Of a stretch of DNA of 64,000 nucleotides, positions 49,422 to 61,313 are shown piece after piece (position 1 is the first letter of the stretch; each line of letters begins with the position of its first letter). The stretch is from Basidiobolus meristosporus CBS 931.73 (lineage: Eukaryota > Fungi > Basidiobolomycota). The DNA lies in contig MCFE01000062.1 in the NCBI GenBank assembly GCA_002104905.1, forward strand, positions 124,001 to 188,000, given 5' to 3'. Position numbers and translations under genes: made by a program. Below the pieces are notes generated by a model, which worked only from the letters and a program-made list of their open reading frames with translations, did not search any database and had not been told where the DNA came from.

Positions 49422-52323
49422 GGGGAGCTTTGACAATTTCCAAGCCATCCCCTAAAACCTGTATTGAAGAGTTGCTATGCATATCACAAGTTACAAACTT
49501 TGTATTAACATTTGAATATTCCATGAGCTTACTGGCCTCAATCATAGCTTATGGGCTTTACTATTCTTTGTGCAAATTCTTTGCCAGGGCTTACTTTAAA
49601 AACTTTCAGAGTATAACTTTCTCAAGCTTGTCTGAAAGCCACTAAGCCTTGCATGTATGATTTTGGGACCTTTCTAAAGATATTCCATGTATTTGTTCTG
49701 TCATGACCTTGTGAAAGTACATATACCACTGTTATGCTCAACCAGTCATTGACTGAATACCATAAATCCCTTAACTCACCAATCAATGAGTATAGACCAC
49801 ACTATCAAACACTGTAAATTGTCTCTAGGTGTCCACTTCTGCAATGGGCAACATCTTCATTTCATACTTGAAACAACTGATTGACATTCCTATGACTATA
49901 GCAGAGCAAAGTTACCACAATTTTACATGGATTGGAGAAATAACAAATAGTAGCTGATTTTAGGGGGGTATAAAAGCATCAGTCATTGTTGCTTTGCTTA
50001 CATCTGCATACTTTAAGAATTGAACTGAGATACAATGACTGCAAACAAGGCAAATGATTGCAGAGTTTGGGGTCATGTGGATCATACTGGAAATATCCAG
50101 ATTGGTGAATACAGCTATGCTGCAAATCCTAAATTTGAATCACATCATCAAATATACCTATACAGCAGCCTTGTGAGCCACACCTGACCGCTGGGAGTGT
50201 TTCCAACCAAATAGGATTGGGAAAACAATAGAAACCTCCCAAAATTAGTGGACAGCCTCCCAAGTCCTTATATAACACAGCCTCATTGCTGGTTCAAGGT
50301 AGTTCGGTCAAAAATATCGTACAAAATTCAAAACAAACCAAGATGAGCACCACCCTCCTTTCTGATGATTCCCGCTGACTTCAAAGCTCCCATTCACACT
50401 GCTCCATGCATATATGTCCTAGAATAAACTCGAGGAAATTTTGATGGAGAAATATCAGAAGAGCCTCGCTGATACATGTTACCCTCAAGCAGATGTTTAT
50501 GAACGCGCGGGCCACGTTTCCACAACTTCCAAGAAAGAGTCAAGGTGTGGCACGGGTTAATAAATCGCTGGGACTATACGGGAAATATAAGGTTGAATCA
50601 GGTCGAGCACTGATCAGTAGCAACATAGGATCGGTCAACCCTGCACAGAACCACGCTAAGAGTAATCAAAGTTCAAGTGGTTGATGAACAACAGGAAAAC
50701 TAGCTGTTTTCTTTCTCGTTTGATCACGGTTGATGCACATATGCACCAAACCTGGAATCCACTGATTCAGCTGACGAAGATTGATTCATTAGTGGAAGGG
50801 GGGACATGCGGAATTAGGTGTGATGTCCAACTCTAGGGGTACCTGGGACTTTTAGATGCGCCCACAGATTTGAGGCAATAATTGGAAAAGAAAGCATATG
50901 AAACCTGATTAATTGGAATTCACAAGGCCATATTGGTAGGGATTGGATTTGGTTGGTTTTGTTGTCCCAGCTAGACAGCTGGTACTCTGTTGGAGTCTCA
51001 GGTTGTGAAGCACCTTCGCCAGTTTCCAAATCTTCAAGCTTGTTGTTAGGCATCTCGCTGGAAGACTACCTCTGACTGTAGAGTCCGGAAGTGCCCCGCA
51101 GCACTGTAAACAATAGTGGTCGGTGACATCACTTACAAACTCGTCGTGTGGAGAGGGTTCCAAAGACGTGTAAATGACCAATCTCCCATCAATCCTTAGA
51201 AACGGCAGCTCAAAATTGGAGCACGATTTCATACCAACCCAGTAGGGTACGCTGTGACATCACCACCTATCAGATGATTGTTTACCTTAGGCAGCAAAAG
51301 AGTACCGCAAAGATGGAGCAGCCGACTGCTCATTTGTAGGCGATATGGTAGGCTGCTGAGCCTCCCTTAAACAGCTGCAGGAATTCCCCCTCGAACAGCT
51401 AAACAAGTGAGTAGGGAAGGAGAATCTCACCCAGGAGGCTACGAATTGGCTGGGGAAATATACACGGATTTTATTTCGTAGCATCTAGACGAATACTGAC
51501 CACCGAAGTTCTTTCCTTCAAAGCTGTGCCATACTTGTTCGTAAGATGGATTTAGAAACAAGCAGCAGCTCGCAAGTTGATTACCACTCCAATGCTCAAG
51601 ATTAAGCAGCTCTACATGCTACATATTGGTCAGCACATCCTTGATGCATACCAAATCCGGAAACCAATCCAGATAGGGGAGTTTAACCTTCGAGCATCCT
51701 CCATGAATTTCTCTGCTCTCTACTAGTTCCACAGTTCCGGAACATACGATGCCCTTTTTCAAGGAGCTAAGCCCCCCTCCCACCACTGCACATCGGCTTG
51801 CAATGGCCTACCACTCGTCAGCAGTACCTCTACTTCCACTGGTAGATCGATTGCAATAAGCCCTGATGCTTGGTGTAGAATTACGCCCATGACGATCACC
51901 CAGTCATAACTTATCCATCCCCCACCAATCCATCGGGTAGAGCCATGATGACCGGCCTCCGGTACACAAGGATCAATCCTCAGCTTATTTCATTGCTGAA
52001 TGTGGGAAGAATGATTCCTCAGTGATGGTGCGACTCCATCAATCCGAGCGGATTAGTGACTCCAGTGCTCCTTCCAGCCCTCTACGTAATCTCTCCGTGT
52101 GAATGTGGGGACGGATGGTTGGTCGGTCTCAACGGAGTTACACTTGGTAGAATGCAATCCAACAACCCCCCCCGCCTCAATTCGAAATTCGTCATGCACC
52201 AGTGGTACGGAACACTTGATGTTCATGGAAGGCTAATACGAGTAGGTACGGCTTGGTACGATTAAGGTTGTTTCGTCGGTGTCCCTATTTATTTATATAA
52301 CAGGAATCGGGAATGTGCGACCT

Positions 52324-52500
52324 GAATTAAATATACACTCTAAAGAAGGATCGGGTTTTGAATTGAGGAATTAAATATACAGTTTAAAGAAGGACCCTCA
52401 TTCCAATTGATTGAAGAAATATATATAGTTCAAAGAAGGAACCCGTTATCAATAGACGAGTAAATATATTGATTAAAGAAGGACCCTCTCAGTATTCAAT
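52324..52500. repeat. Degenerate ~44-bp minisatellite (4 units) upstream of the IDO gene
   Basis: Core aaagaagga at 52342, 52386, 52432 and 52475 (spacing 44, 46, 43), each preceded by aaatata. Confidence 0.75.
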
Positions 52501-53004
52501 CGAATCCATTGAATAGAATACGGTACAATAAAATCATGAGAGGACACTCGAGAGACACTACAATTTATACACCGTTGAACTGCATTCTAAATGAATCAGA
52601 TCTTGTGTATTGGAATGGCATCTGACACAAAATGGGAAAACGTGACTAGTCCGCTCAACCAATTCAATGGCAAAGGAAAGCTTAATGCTACCATTTCAAT
52701 TATTCTAACTCGGTGTCCTTTGCCGCCATCGTTAGCATCTATTAACACTGGAGATACCGGGTGATTTGATATTGGCGAGAATTGCTTTGTTAATTGCAAG
52801 GTGCTTGGGAAAGTCGCTTCCCTGTTTCACCTCTGATAAACAGGTTTGATTGTATCGAAGTTATTGAGGTAAATACCAATGGGCCATCTCGTCCAAGTAT
52901 ATAAGGCCGCTCTCAGGTCATGGTGATGGCACAAATCAAAGTCAAACCACAGTATCTTGTACTGTTTGAAATATCACTTCTTCCCGCTCATCTATCAACC
53001 GCAA

Positions 53005-54773
53005 ATGTTCAGATCTGCCGCTCGCACTACTTTCGCTAACGTAAAGAACTTAACCAAAGTTAATCAACTCCGCACACTAGCATCTCTCTCTCCCTTCCGA
53101 CAGACTGGTGTTTGCCAAAATGCTCAGGTATTGTTCTCTGTGGGATGCTCAGAGCTCTCATTTCCCAAATTTAACCATCCGTTCCCTTTGATCCGCAGCC
53201 TGTGTCGCCTAGCCATTGGGAGAATGTTCACCCGGATAGCCAGTTCATCGTCACTCCCCAGAATGGCTTCCTACCCCGCGAAGATCCACTAGTCAAACTC
53301 CCCTCGGAGTTCAAGGTGCTGGAAAGCCTCTTGGATAGGATGCCTTTGAAACTTCCTGATGGCTCTAATGGGCTTCTCTGGAAAGGAGAGTTGGGACAAG
53401 CCGTTACCAACGAGCTCCCCTTGTATGATGTTGATCACATTCAAGATAACCAGTTGCTTTCAGGTGAGTCCATTAGCATGCGTTCACCTTGATACAAAAG
53501 GGACTAACCTCCACCCTCACCCACTAGCACTCTATCGCGATTACACCTTCCTGGCCAGTGCTTATCTTCTAGAGCCATGTGACATCAACTTCAGAACCAC
53601 TGGAGACTACGGTCTAGCTAGAGATGTCCTCCCAAAGAATATCGCCATCCCCCTAGCCAAGGTATCGGAGAAAATTGGTGCAAAACCATTCATGGAATAT
53701 GCGATGTCATACAGGTAATCCGCCTAACCAAATCCAATCTACATCCGCCTCTAATCCCCTTAATTTCATGTTGAATCTCGTGAATCAGTTTGTACAACTA
53801 CCAACGGATTGACAAATCAAAACCAGCCGATTACCCGAATCTCAACCTTGTTCGTGGATTTGCAGGAGCAAAATCCGAGCATGGATTCATTCTAGTTCAT
53901 GTGGCAATGGTTGCCCATTCCGGAAAGGTTGTCGATGCCGCTTTACGTACTCTCGATGCTGCTCGACAAGGAGATCGGGCCGAGTTTAACAAGCAACTCT
54001 CCGTCTTCCGCGAGGTGTTCGCCAAAATCAATCAAGTAATGGAAACCATGTGGTCACGCTCCGAGCCCGCAGATTATCCTCACTTCCGAACATTCATCAT
54101 GGGCTCGAAGAGTCAGCCAATGTTCCCTAACGGAATCCTCTACGAAGGGGTTTCCAGCAAGCCCCTATACTTCCGTGGTGAAAGTGGAGCCAATGATAGC
54201 ATGATTCCACTTGCCGACAACCTTTTGGAGCTGACCTCCAAGATGCCAACAAACCCTCTAACTGAAGTCCTACGCGACTTCCGCAGTTATCGACCAGTGA
54301 ATCATAATCGCTTCTTGAAATTTGTTGAAGACAAGGCTAGGGATGTGGGTGTTCGTCAGTTTGCCGAAGAGGATGGCAACTCTGCTGGTATGTATGCTCA
54401 TTATCATGGGTTAATCACTAGTCTCACTCAATGTTGGATAGCTATCTATTTGCAGGTAATGGATCAAGTGCGTGACTTCCGGCACCGCCACTGGATGTTC
54501 ACCAAGGAATATATCCTCAAGCGCATGAAGCACCCAGTTGCCACCGGTGGCTCTCCTATCGTTACTTGGTTACCTAATCAGCTCGGCGCCGTTCTCGACT
54601 CGCTGGTCAATACGGCAGGCAAAGCACTCACCAAATCCGAGATTACCCCGGCAAATCGTACAATTATTGAAGAGATTTTGCGCAAGGCGGATGCAGAGAG
54701 ACGAATCCTCACTCGGGAGGTGAGCTATCTGGTGGAGGAGCGTGGTGCTAAGGCAGCTGAAGTAGAAGTTTAA
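53005..54773 (+). CDS. Indoleamine 2,3-dioxygenase family heme protein (fungal IDO-gamma-like); 5 exons, about 501 aa, N-terminal presequence
   Basis: Exons 53005-53127, 53199-53463, 53528-53714, 53789-54387, 54442-54773; motifs QNGFLPREDP, FMEYA.SY.LYN, HGFILVHVAM, FRTFIMG, RGESGANDS, LRDFRSYRP, RHRHW..TKEYI, ATGGSP. Confidence 0.92.
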
Positions 54774-55288
54774 ATACCCCATCTTTGTATAATTTTGTCA
54801 AGGTGCCTTGAATCTCCCATCCTGTGGGACACCTATGATAACAATATGGATTCTGGATTGCACCTTCATCCCACGATAACCCCCCCCCCTCATTCTTCAC
54901 GAATAACCCTTTTGACTTCGCTTTGCATCCAATAAATCGGAGTACAATACTCAATCTCGATTATTTACGATTTCCGAAGTCGGGTTGAAGACAAGTTTAT
55001 CGACGATGCCTTTGGTGCGCGCCATTGAACTGAATTGGTACACATAGCATCATGATGGTTACGGCGCTTGCATGGATCTCATTCACACAAGTGAGCAAAT
55101 CTTTGAATTGATACCTCAGCACTACTAAATCCTCGGACTCCTCCAGTACCCCTGGCAAAAAGTCCAATTGCAACTGTTGCTTCACAATGTCGTTAAGCGG
55201 CCAGAAGCATTTGATTGATTGAAGTCACTAATCAAATGACCATTTCTACCATGAAACAGAGTAGCATTGTACGGGAGTGAGAGTTTCT

Positions 55289-55783
55289 CTAGTCTGTTGA
55301 AAACCTTCCGATTAGTTGAAACCCGTTCCTAGAACTGTCTTGGTGTTGAATTTGAAATATATCCGATGCATATTGGTAAGCAGATCGATATTTCCCATCA
55401 TCTGCATAGTGCAGGATGATTCTGGCACGACGATGATCATGCTTCTTCATTATCTCGTCAATCAAGGTTCCGCCCACTCTGCAGTTAGGAGGCGACATGG
55501 GTTTTTTTGCCTTCTATATGTTGGCTGGAACCCATGTCACGTACATATACTGCTTGACAACATGAAGCCCATTTAATGAGGTTTCACACACTGGCGAATA
55601 GATCAGATACCAGGCGGGGTATTGGTGGAGATACTTACTCTTAGCGCTCGGACAATGAATGAAGACACGGGATTTCATAGATGACCTTTGAGGTTCAGGT
55701 TGTTGCATTGATGGTCGTTTTTTTCGGCTGGGGTGCTTGTGTGGCTGATAGTCTTGTGTGTTCAACAAGCTAAAGGTTGCCAT
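55289..55783 (-). CDS. Small spliced hypothetical protein (about 126 aa, 3 exons); possible 3' extension to 54997
   Basis: Exons 55783-55639, 55590-55545, 55478-55289; GTAAGT and GTACGT donors, ctgat / ctaac branch sites, phases consistent; no homology recognised. Confidence 0.45.
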
Positions 55784-56071
55784 ATTGGTTCAGAGATCGA
55801 CCACAGCCGAGGATGGGCGCATCTGAGATAAAGATTGAACCTCCGATTTACGCCATAGAACCATCATTTGCTAAACATCTGATGGAGCCACCTTAATATC
55901 AGAAGGGGTTACCAATTCAGATGCAAATATGCCAGTTTTGTGGGATATATCGAAGGTTCTAATCTTTATCTCAGATGTACACATTCTTGCTTGTAGCTGA
56001 TCCTTTTGCACACTTCAAGCATCGACTAAACACTCAGTGATTCAGTATTACCAAGCTCAGCCTAAGATATA

Positions 56072-57850
56072 TATTTTGTAAATTTCTTATTTACCCCTAG
56101 ATATTCCATTAACTTTGCCACTTGGATCATAGCTTATGAACCTTGTCGTTTCTTGCCCGAGTTGTTTATCGGGATTTGCCTCAAATATTCTCACCAAAAT
56201 GTCAAGTACCCAGAGCATGAGAGTTTTCGTGGCGGTCCAAAAGTCCCCGAAATTTGCATACATGCTCTTGGAACACTCCTAAACATATTGTACGTGGCTT
56301 TAGTGCCAAGAATACATAAAAGCATAATACCACTTTCCATTCCATAAGTCATTAAGTGCAAACCACATTATCCACTTGTTCTCCCAATCACTTCCAATAT
56401 CTCCAAGACCCTCACAAAAATATAAGCATTGATAGTACTTGGTAGACTGAAAAGTGTGGAGCTTCTCCTTGCTCATTTCCCCAAGGTGCCACTTCATTTT
56501 CCTTGTTATTTATTATATGATTAATATTTGTGACAGTAAACAACCAAAGACTTCAGAGGTTCACATGGAGTAAGCCCAGTCATCAGCAGATGCCAAAAGG
56601 CCCAAACTGTGTACACTATATCTTCTGGAACTTTTCTCAAAGCATTTTTTTCACTAGTTTTGCAAAGCTTCCCTAAGAGTACAGGTACTTAATTTGAGCT
56701 CCACAAGTGATTACCATGCAATTCTTCCAGTTTTCCAAATCACTTCCAATACTCCCAAGAATCTTGCAACAATATCAAGGTTTATTAGTATTTCTGGGCC
56801 ATGGCTCAGAAAAAGCTATTCATAGATTGAAGAACCATAATATATTGAACATATAAAAACCACTTATCATTTAGCAACTTTAATACAATATAGTAATGCA
56901 CCAAAATAAACTGATGAAACATCTTCATATTTGGATCCCCTTCATAACTATGGCTTAACTTAGAGGAGTGAAGTTAAGTGAAGGGAGGCTTTCATAGATG
57001 GTAAGTGATAGAACTGAGGATCTGACTTTAGATTACATACATGGAAGGCTCCTGGATCAAGAATTAATAAAATCAAGTGCCAATAAGCAAGAAGAAAATG
57101 CTTTAATAAGTAATGATAACCATCAAAGGAGGTACTCAAGACCCTTTAAATGTAGCTAGTTGAATGGCAGGGTTGTAAATATTGTAATTACACCCAATTC
57201 ACCTCACTTGATCACCTAGATCAATGTCTATAAATATTAGATAGCTCTGGCCAAACTCCTAACTGGGATTTGCTTTGCAATTTTTCACAGTCCAGGTACT
57301 TAATATATAGGTGAAAACTTTCTGAGTTGTCCAAACAGTCCTAAACTTTGCCTACATTTTGTTGTGACCTTCCTAAATATGTTCTACATGTTTGTCTTGC
57401 TATGACTATGTAATAGTATAAAAACTACTTTACATTCAATCAATTGTTAAGTGAGAACCATATCATCTGCTGTAAGAGTCCTAGAGATATTGTAAGTGGT
57501 TGGGAGAACAAGTGGACTATGTGGCTTTCACTTAATGATTTATTGAATGTAAAAGTAGTATATGTACTTTTACATGTTCTTGGCATAATAAACATGTAGA
57601 GCATATTTAGGAAGATCCCAATAACATGTTTGCAAGTTTGAGGCTGTTTGGACAATTTATTAAATTTTCATATTCTGGGCACCTGATGTTTTGGTGAAAA
57701 TATTCTAAGTAAATCCCCAAAAGGAATTTGATCAGTATTCTCAAAAATATGTAGGTAATGATCCAAGTGACTAAGTTAGGTGAATATTTAGGTGGAGTTC
57801 CGAATTTTAAAACATAATCTATTTGTAAGAGTTTTGGAGATATTGGAAGT
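56072..57850. mobile_element. Cluster of Copia LTRs and a gag fragment
   Basis: LTR 56072-56418 (+); gag fragment RTEDLTLDYIHGRLLDQEL at about 56990-57150; LTR 57171-57467 (+) interrupted by LTR 57468-57814 (-) with tcatc / taatc flanks. Confidence 0.8.
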
Positions 57851-59641
57851 GATAAGGAGAACAACACATATCAGCTCAAAGATTGCATCATGGTGAGGCA
57901 CCTATGACAATGCACAACGTAGGGGTGGATGGCCAGCTTTAAAGATCTCTAGTATGTCCAATAGCATGATAATGATGATGACAGGGATTCCAATGTAACC
58001 GTAGATAAAATAACAGACATGGTTGGTATGGCTTTGACAGTATGAATGGTAAGAGACATTATCCCTGTAGTATATATAGTGATCAGCATATAATAAATTG
58101 CTCAAAGATATATTATGGGCATATAGACTTTGTTGCATCTTCCCAAGAGCTCCCAAAATACAACCCCACCATACCCTAAGAAAAAAATTAGACAAGGCCA
58201 GCAGAATACCATCATCATATCTGCTGAATTCCAACTTTGCCAAAAGTGACAACTCTCAGTATCTCAAGTACTAGCTTCACAGTAGACAAGCAGACATCCT
58301 TTCCAGGGGGAGACTGGGCCAACTAGCATTCATACCAGATTTGGTGATCAACAGCTCCTTACTTCCACCAACAATTGCAACTGAAAATTTGCAGCAGAAA
58401 CATCAGCTGAATACCAGCAAAAAATCCAATGAATTCCAACTTTGATATTTTTGATAGTGATTGTTCCTAAAGGTGGCCAAAAGGACTGGTACCCTAAAAC
58501 ATCAAAACAATGCACACTGGCGAGGGGTAGTGGGGTTCACAACACAGTGGAACTTAGGTATGGTCTGGTTTGATAGAGGGCAACATGCCGAAGCAAGTGG
58601 AAAAGGCAACTCGAACGGGATTTACAATGGCTCTGGGATAGGATATAATTAGGATAATGTTATGTAGTACTCCAATAGTGATAATACTCAATCTTGACTC
58701 CCAATGAGCGCAGTAGTCGGCAACTCACACGCTTCAAATCTACCATCATATGTTCATCAACTTATCGAATTCCATTTTGTTTCTTTGTATACTCAATATC
58801 AGATCAATCCACAGACAATGATCTCCTTCCAGAGAATCCCCAAAGTTGCATCGTACACAGTAATAAGTAGTAAACATATCATGGGCAATAGTGGAGCTGT
58901 TGTATGTCCAGATAGAAACTTCCGAGTATTTAAACTTGATAAAGATGGTAACGTGAACAAACAACGTAGAGCCTAGCTTAATGGAGGCATTCCAAGTCCC
59001 AACCAAGCATAAAGTTCGTTACTAGTTACTTACGTGCATATAGAGATGATGGACTATTGAGCCACCAAACAGCAACTCAAGGTCATCCAAGATTCTGAAA
59101 CACATGACCTCGGGAGCTCCACTATCACAAAGGATCACCTGAACATCCGGTTGGAACATGTCCGCATTCGATCACCAAAAGCAATGTATCGCTGAGCCGG
59201 AAAGGAAACTGCTAAGCTATGTGATGATGACACAAATGGGGATCACCGAGATGCGTCAAGAAGATGCCAAACCCTCCCCCGAAGTTCAGCTGCCAATTAA
59301 ACATAATCCCTACCTACAATGGTAAATCTTGATGATACCGATGATATCAGTAATCCAAAGAGAACTCTCAGCTCCATTGGTATGATTCTCATTGGACGCT
59401 ATTAGAAGGACCGTGTCACTCCCCATTCTCTGTTACAGGACATGTGGGAATGTATTTGGCAGATCTGGAACAACTGGAAGACGGAAAGATTTTATTCAAA
59501 TCTGATGCTGTGTATATGGGGGAGAGTCGAGTAAAGTTGTAGTAATAAACATGCCAATAAAATTGTATTTAAATATGCTAATCCCTGCTGCGAAACCATT
59601 TTGCTGTGGTTATAATACATCGATCTTAATATTTCAGGATT

Positions 59642-61313
59642 CTAAAATATCAACACAAGGTAGCTGGTAAGCAAAGCGGTGACCAAAACAGCGGCCGAGG
59701 CTGAGTGGGGCATGGCGTTAGAGTAACTAAATTCTGGACGTCCAGTAATTCTGGCAGTGGACAAAACAACCGCCACAGATCCATCTTGGGTGGTGGTCAT
59801 CGTAACGATTACATCTTTGATGACTTGGCCGTCGGACATGGTAGAGATGATGGAGCCAGGAATGCTTTGGAACGGTGTGGAGGTAGGCGTGGTAGTTCTG
59901 GTTGGGGAGGTTGTAGTTGGAACGCCTAAGTGATTGAAGAGACGTTAGAATAGCGCACTGCATAACATTTCGGTGTTTGGTGTAAGGAACGCTTACCAGT
60001 AGTGGATGTCTTTGAACCGCTACTGGTAGGTTGGGGTGTGAAAGATGAAATAGAAGTGGGAGAGCTTGTAGGAGGTCTGGAATCGACCGAACTTGCGTGA
60101 TCAGAGGATGTTGTTTGGGAAGATGAGGGGCTAGTTGGATGTGGGGGTTCTTCAGAGGTAGGGATAGCTGTAGAGGAAGGTGAAAGTGTAGAAATGTCAG
60201 TGCTAGGCTCTACTGAAGAATCATTTGTGGTAGAAATAGTAGTATGTGTAGGTGATGGAGTCGAAAAAGACTCCGCAGATGTAGTGGTTGGATCTGAAGC
60301 ACTAGTAGAGGGTGAAGTGAAGGTATGGGTTGTAGTATGAGAAGTATCCGGTAATTCTGAAGTATCTAGGGTAGAACTCGTAGGATCAGCAAGCATACGG
60401 TTTTTGAAGGTGGACAATTAAATGAAGACTAAGCAAGGTGCAATAAATACTAAAAGTATATCTAACAATAACGAAGGGAGAAGTGAAATGGATAAAGAAT
60501 CAAACTTACTGGTTGGTTGTTCTGGAGTAGAGGTGGGTGTGCTTGGAATAGTGGTAGGTGGCTGGGGTGTAGTCGTCGGAGTAACGGTCGGTTGGTCCGA
60601 CGTGGTGGGCGGCTCTGATGTGGTAGTAGGTGGCTGTGGGGTAGTTGCGGGTGATTCTGGTGTGGTGGTTGGGGGTTCTGGCGTGGGTGTGGTAGTGGGC
60701 GGCTCCGGTGTAGTAGTGGGCGGCTCTGGTGTAGTGGTGGGCGGCTCTGGTGTAGTGGTGGGCGGCTCTGGTGTAGTGGTGGGCGGCTCTGGTGTGGTGG
60801 TGGGCGGCTCTGGTGTGGTGGTGGGCGGTTCTGGTGTGGTGGTTGGGGGTTCGGGCGTGGTGGTTGGGGGTTCGGGCGTAGGTGTGGTAGTGGGTGACTC
60901 CGATGTCGTGGTGGGTGGTTCTGAGGTAGTAGTGGGCGGCTCTGGCGTAGGTGTGATAGTGGGTGTCTCTGGTGTGGTTGTTGGCTCGTTTGATGTAGTT
61001 GTGGGTGGTTGTGGTGTGGTAGTCGGTTGTTCAGGTGTAGTGGTAGGCTCCTGTCGGGTTGGCTCTTCTGAAGGAGTTACAGTTGGTTGCTCCCTAGAAG
61101 TGGGCTGCTCAGAAGGTTGCTCTGGTGTAGGTGTAGACTCAGGTTGGGGGATACCTAAGGCTATAATTTAATTGGCTAGTATGCTACTGATATGCTTGAA
61201 ACAAACTCACCGGTAGGGTCCTGGCGACGAACTAGCGCATGAGCACCTTGGGCTTTGAAATAGCCAAGGTAACTGAAAGTTAGTAGCAACAACAAGAAAG
61301 TGTGGTGCCTCAT
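59642..61313 (-). CDS. Secreted, GPI-anchored Thr/Pro/Ser-rich mucin-like cell-surface protein; 4 exons, about 468 aa
   Basis: Exons 61313-61211, 61160-60510, 60365-59997, 59925-59642 in frame; hydrophobic signal peptide (MRHHTFLLLLLTFSYLG..), RR-Q Kex2-like site, TTTPEPP repeats, C-terminal SN..SASAAVLVTALLTSYLVLIF GPI-type signal. Confidence 0.85.
60689..60877 (-). repeat. 21-bp coding tandem repeat, 9 contiguous units (TTTPEPP), with degenerate units on both sides
   Basis: Plus-strand unit gt(a/g)gtggtgggcggctctggt counted directly. Confidence 0.95.

Noticed and set aside
52324-52500. CRISPR-like repeat-spacer array
   Set aside because: Eukaryotic context, short degenerate cores, related inter-core sequence, no cas genes
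60422-61171. 249-aa plus-strand ORF of VVVGGSG repeats
   Set aside because: Antisense shadow of the TTTPEPP exon; the minus strand has the signal peptide, splice sites and GPI signal
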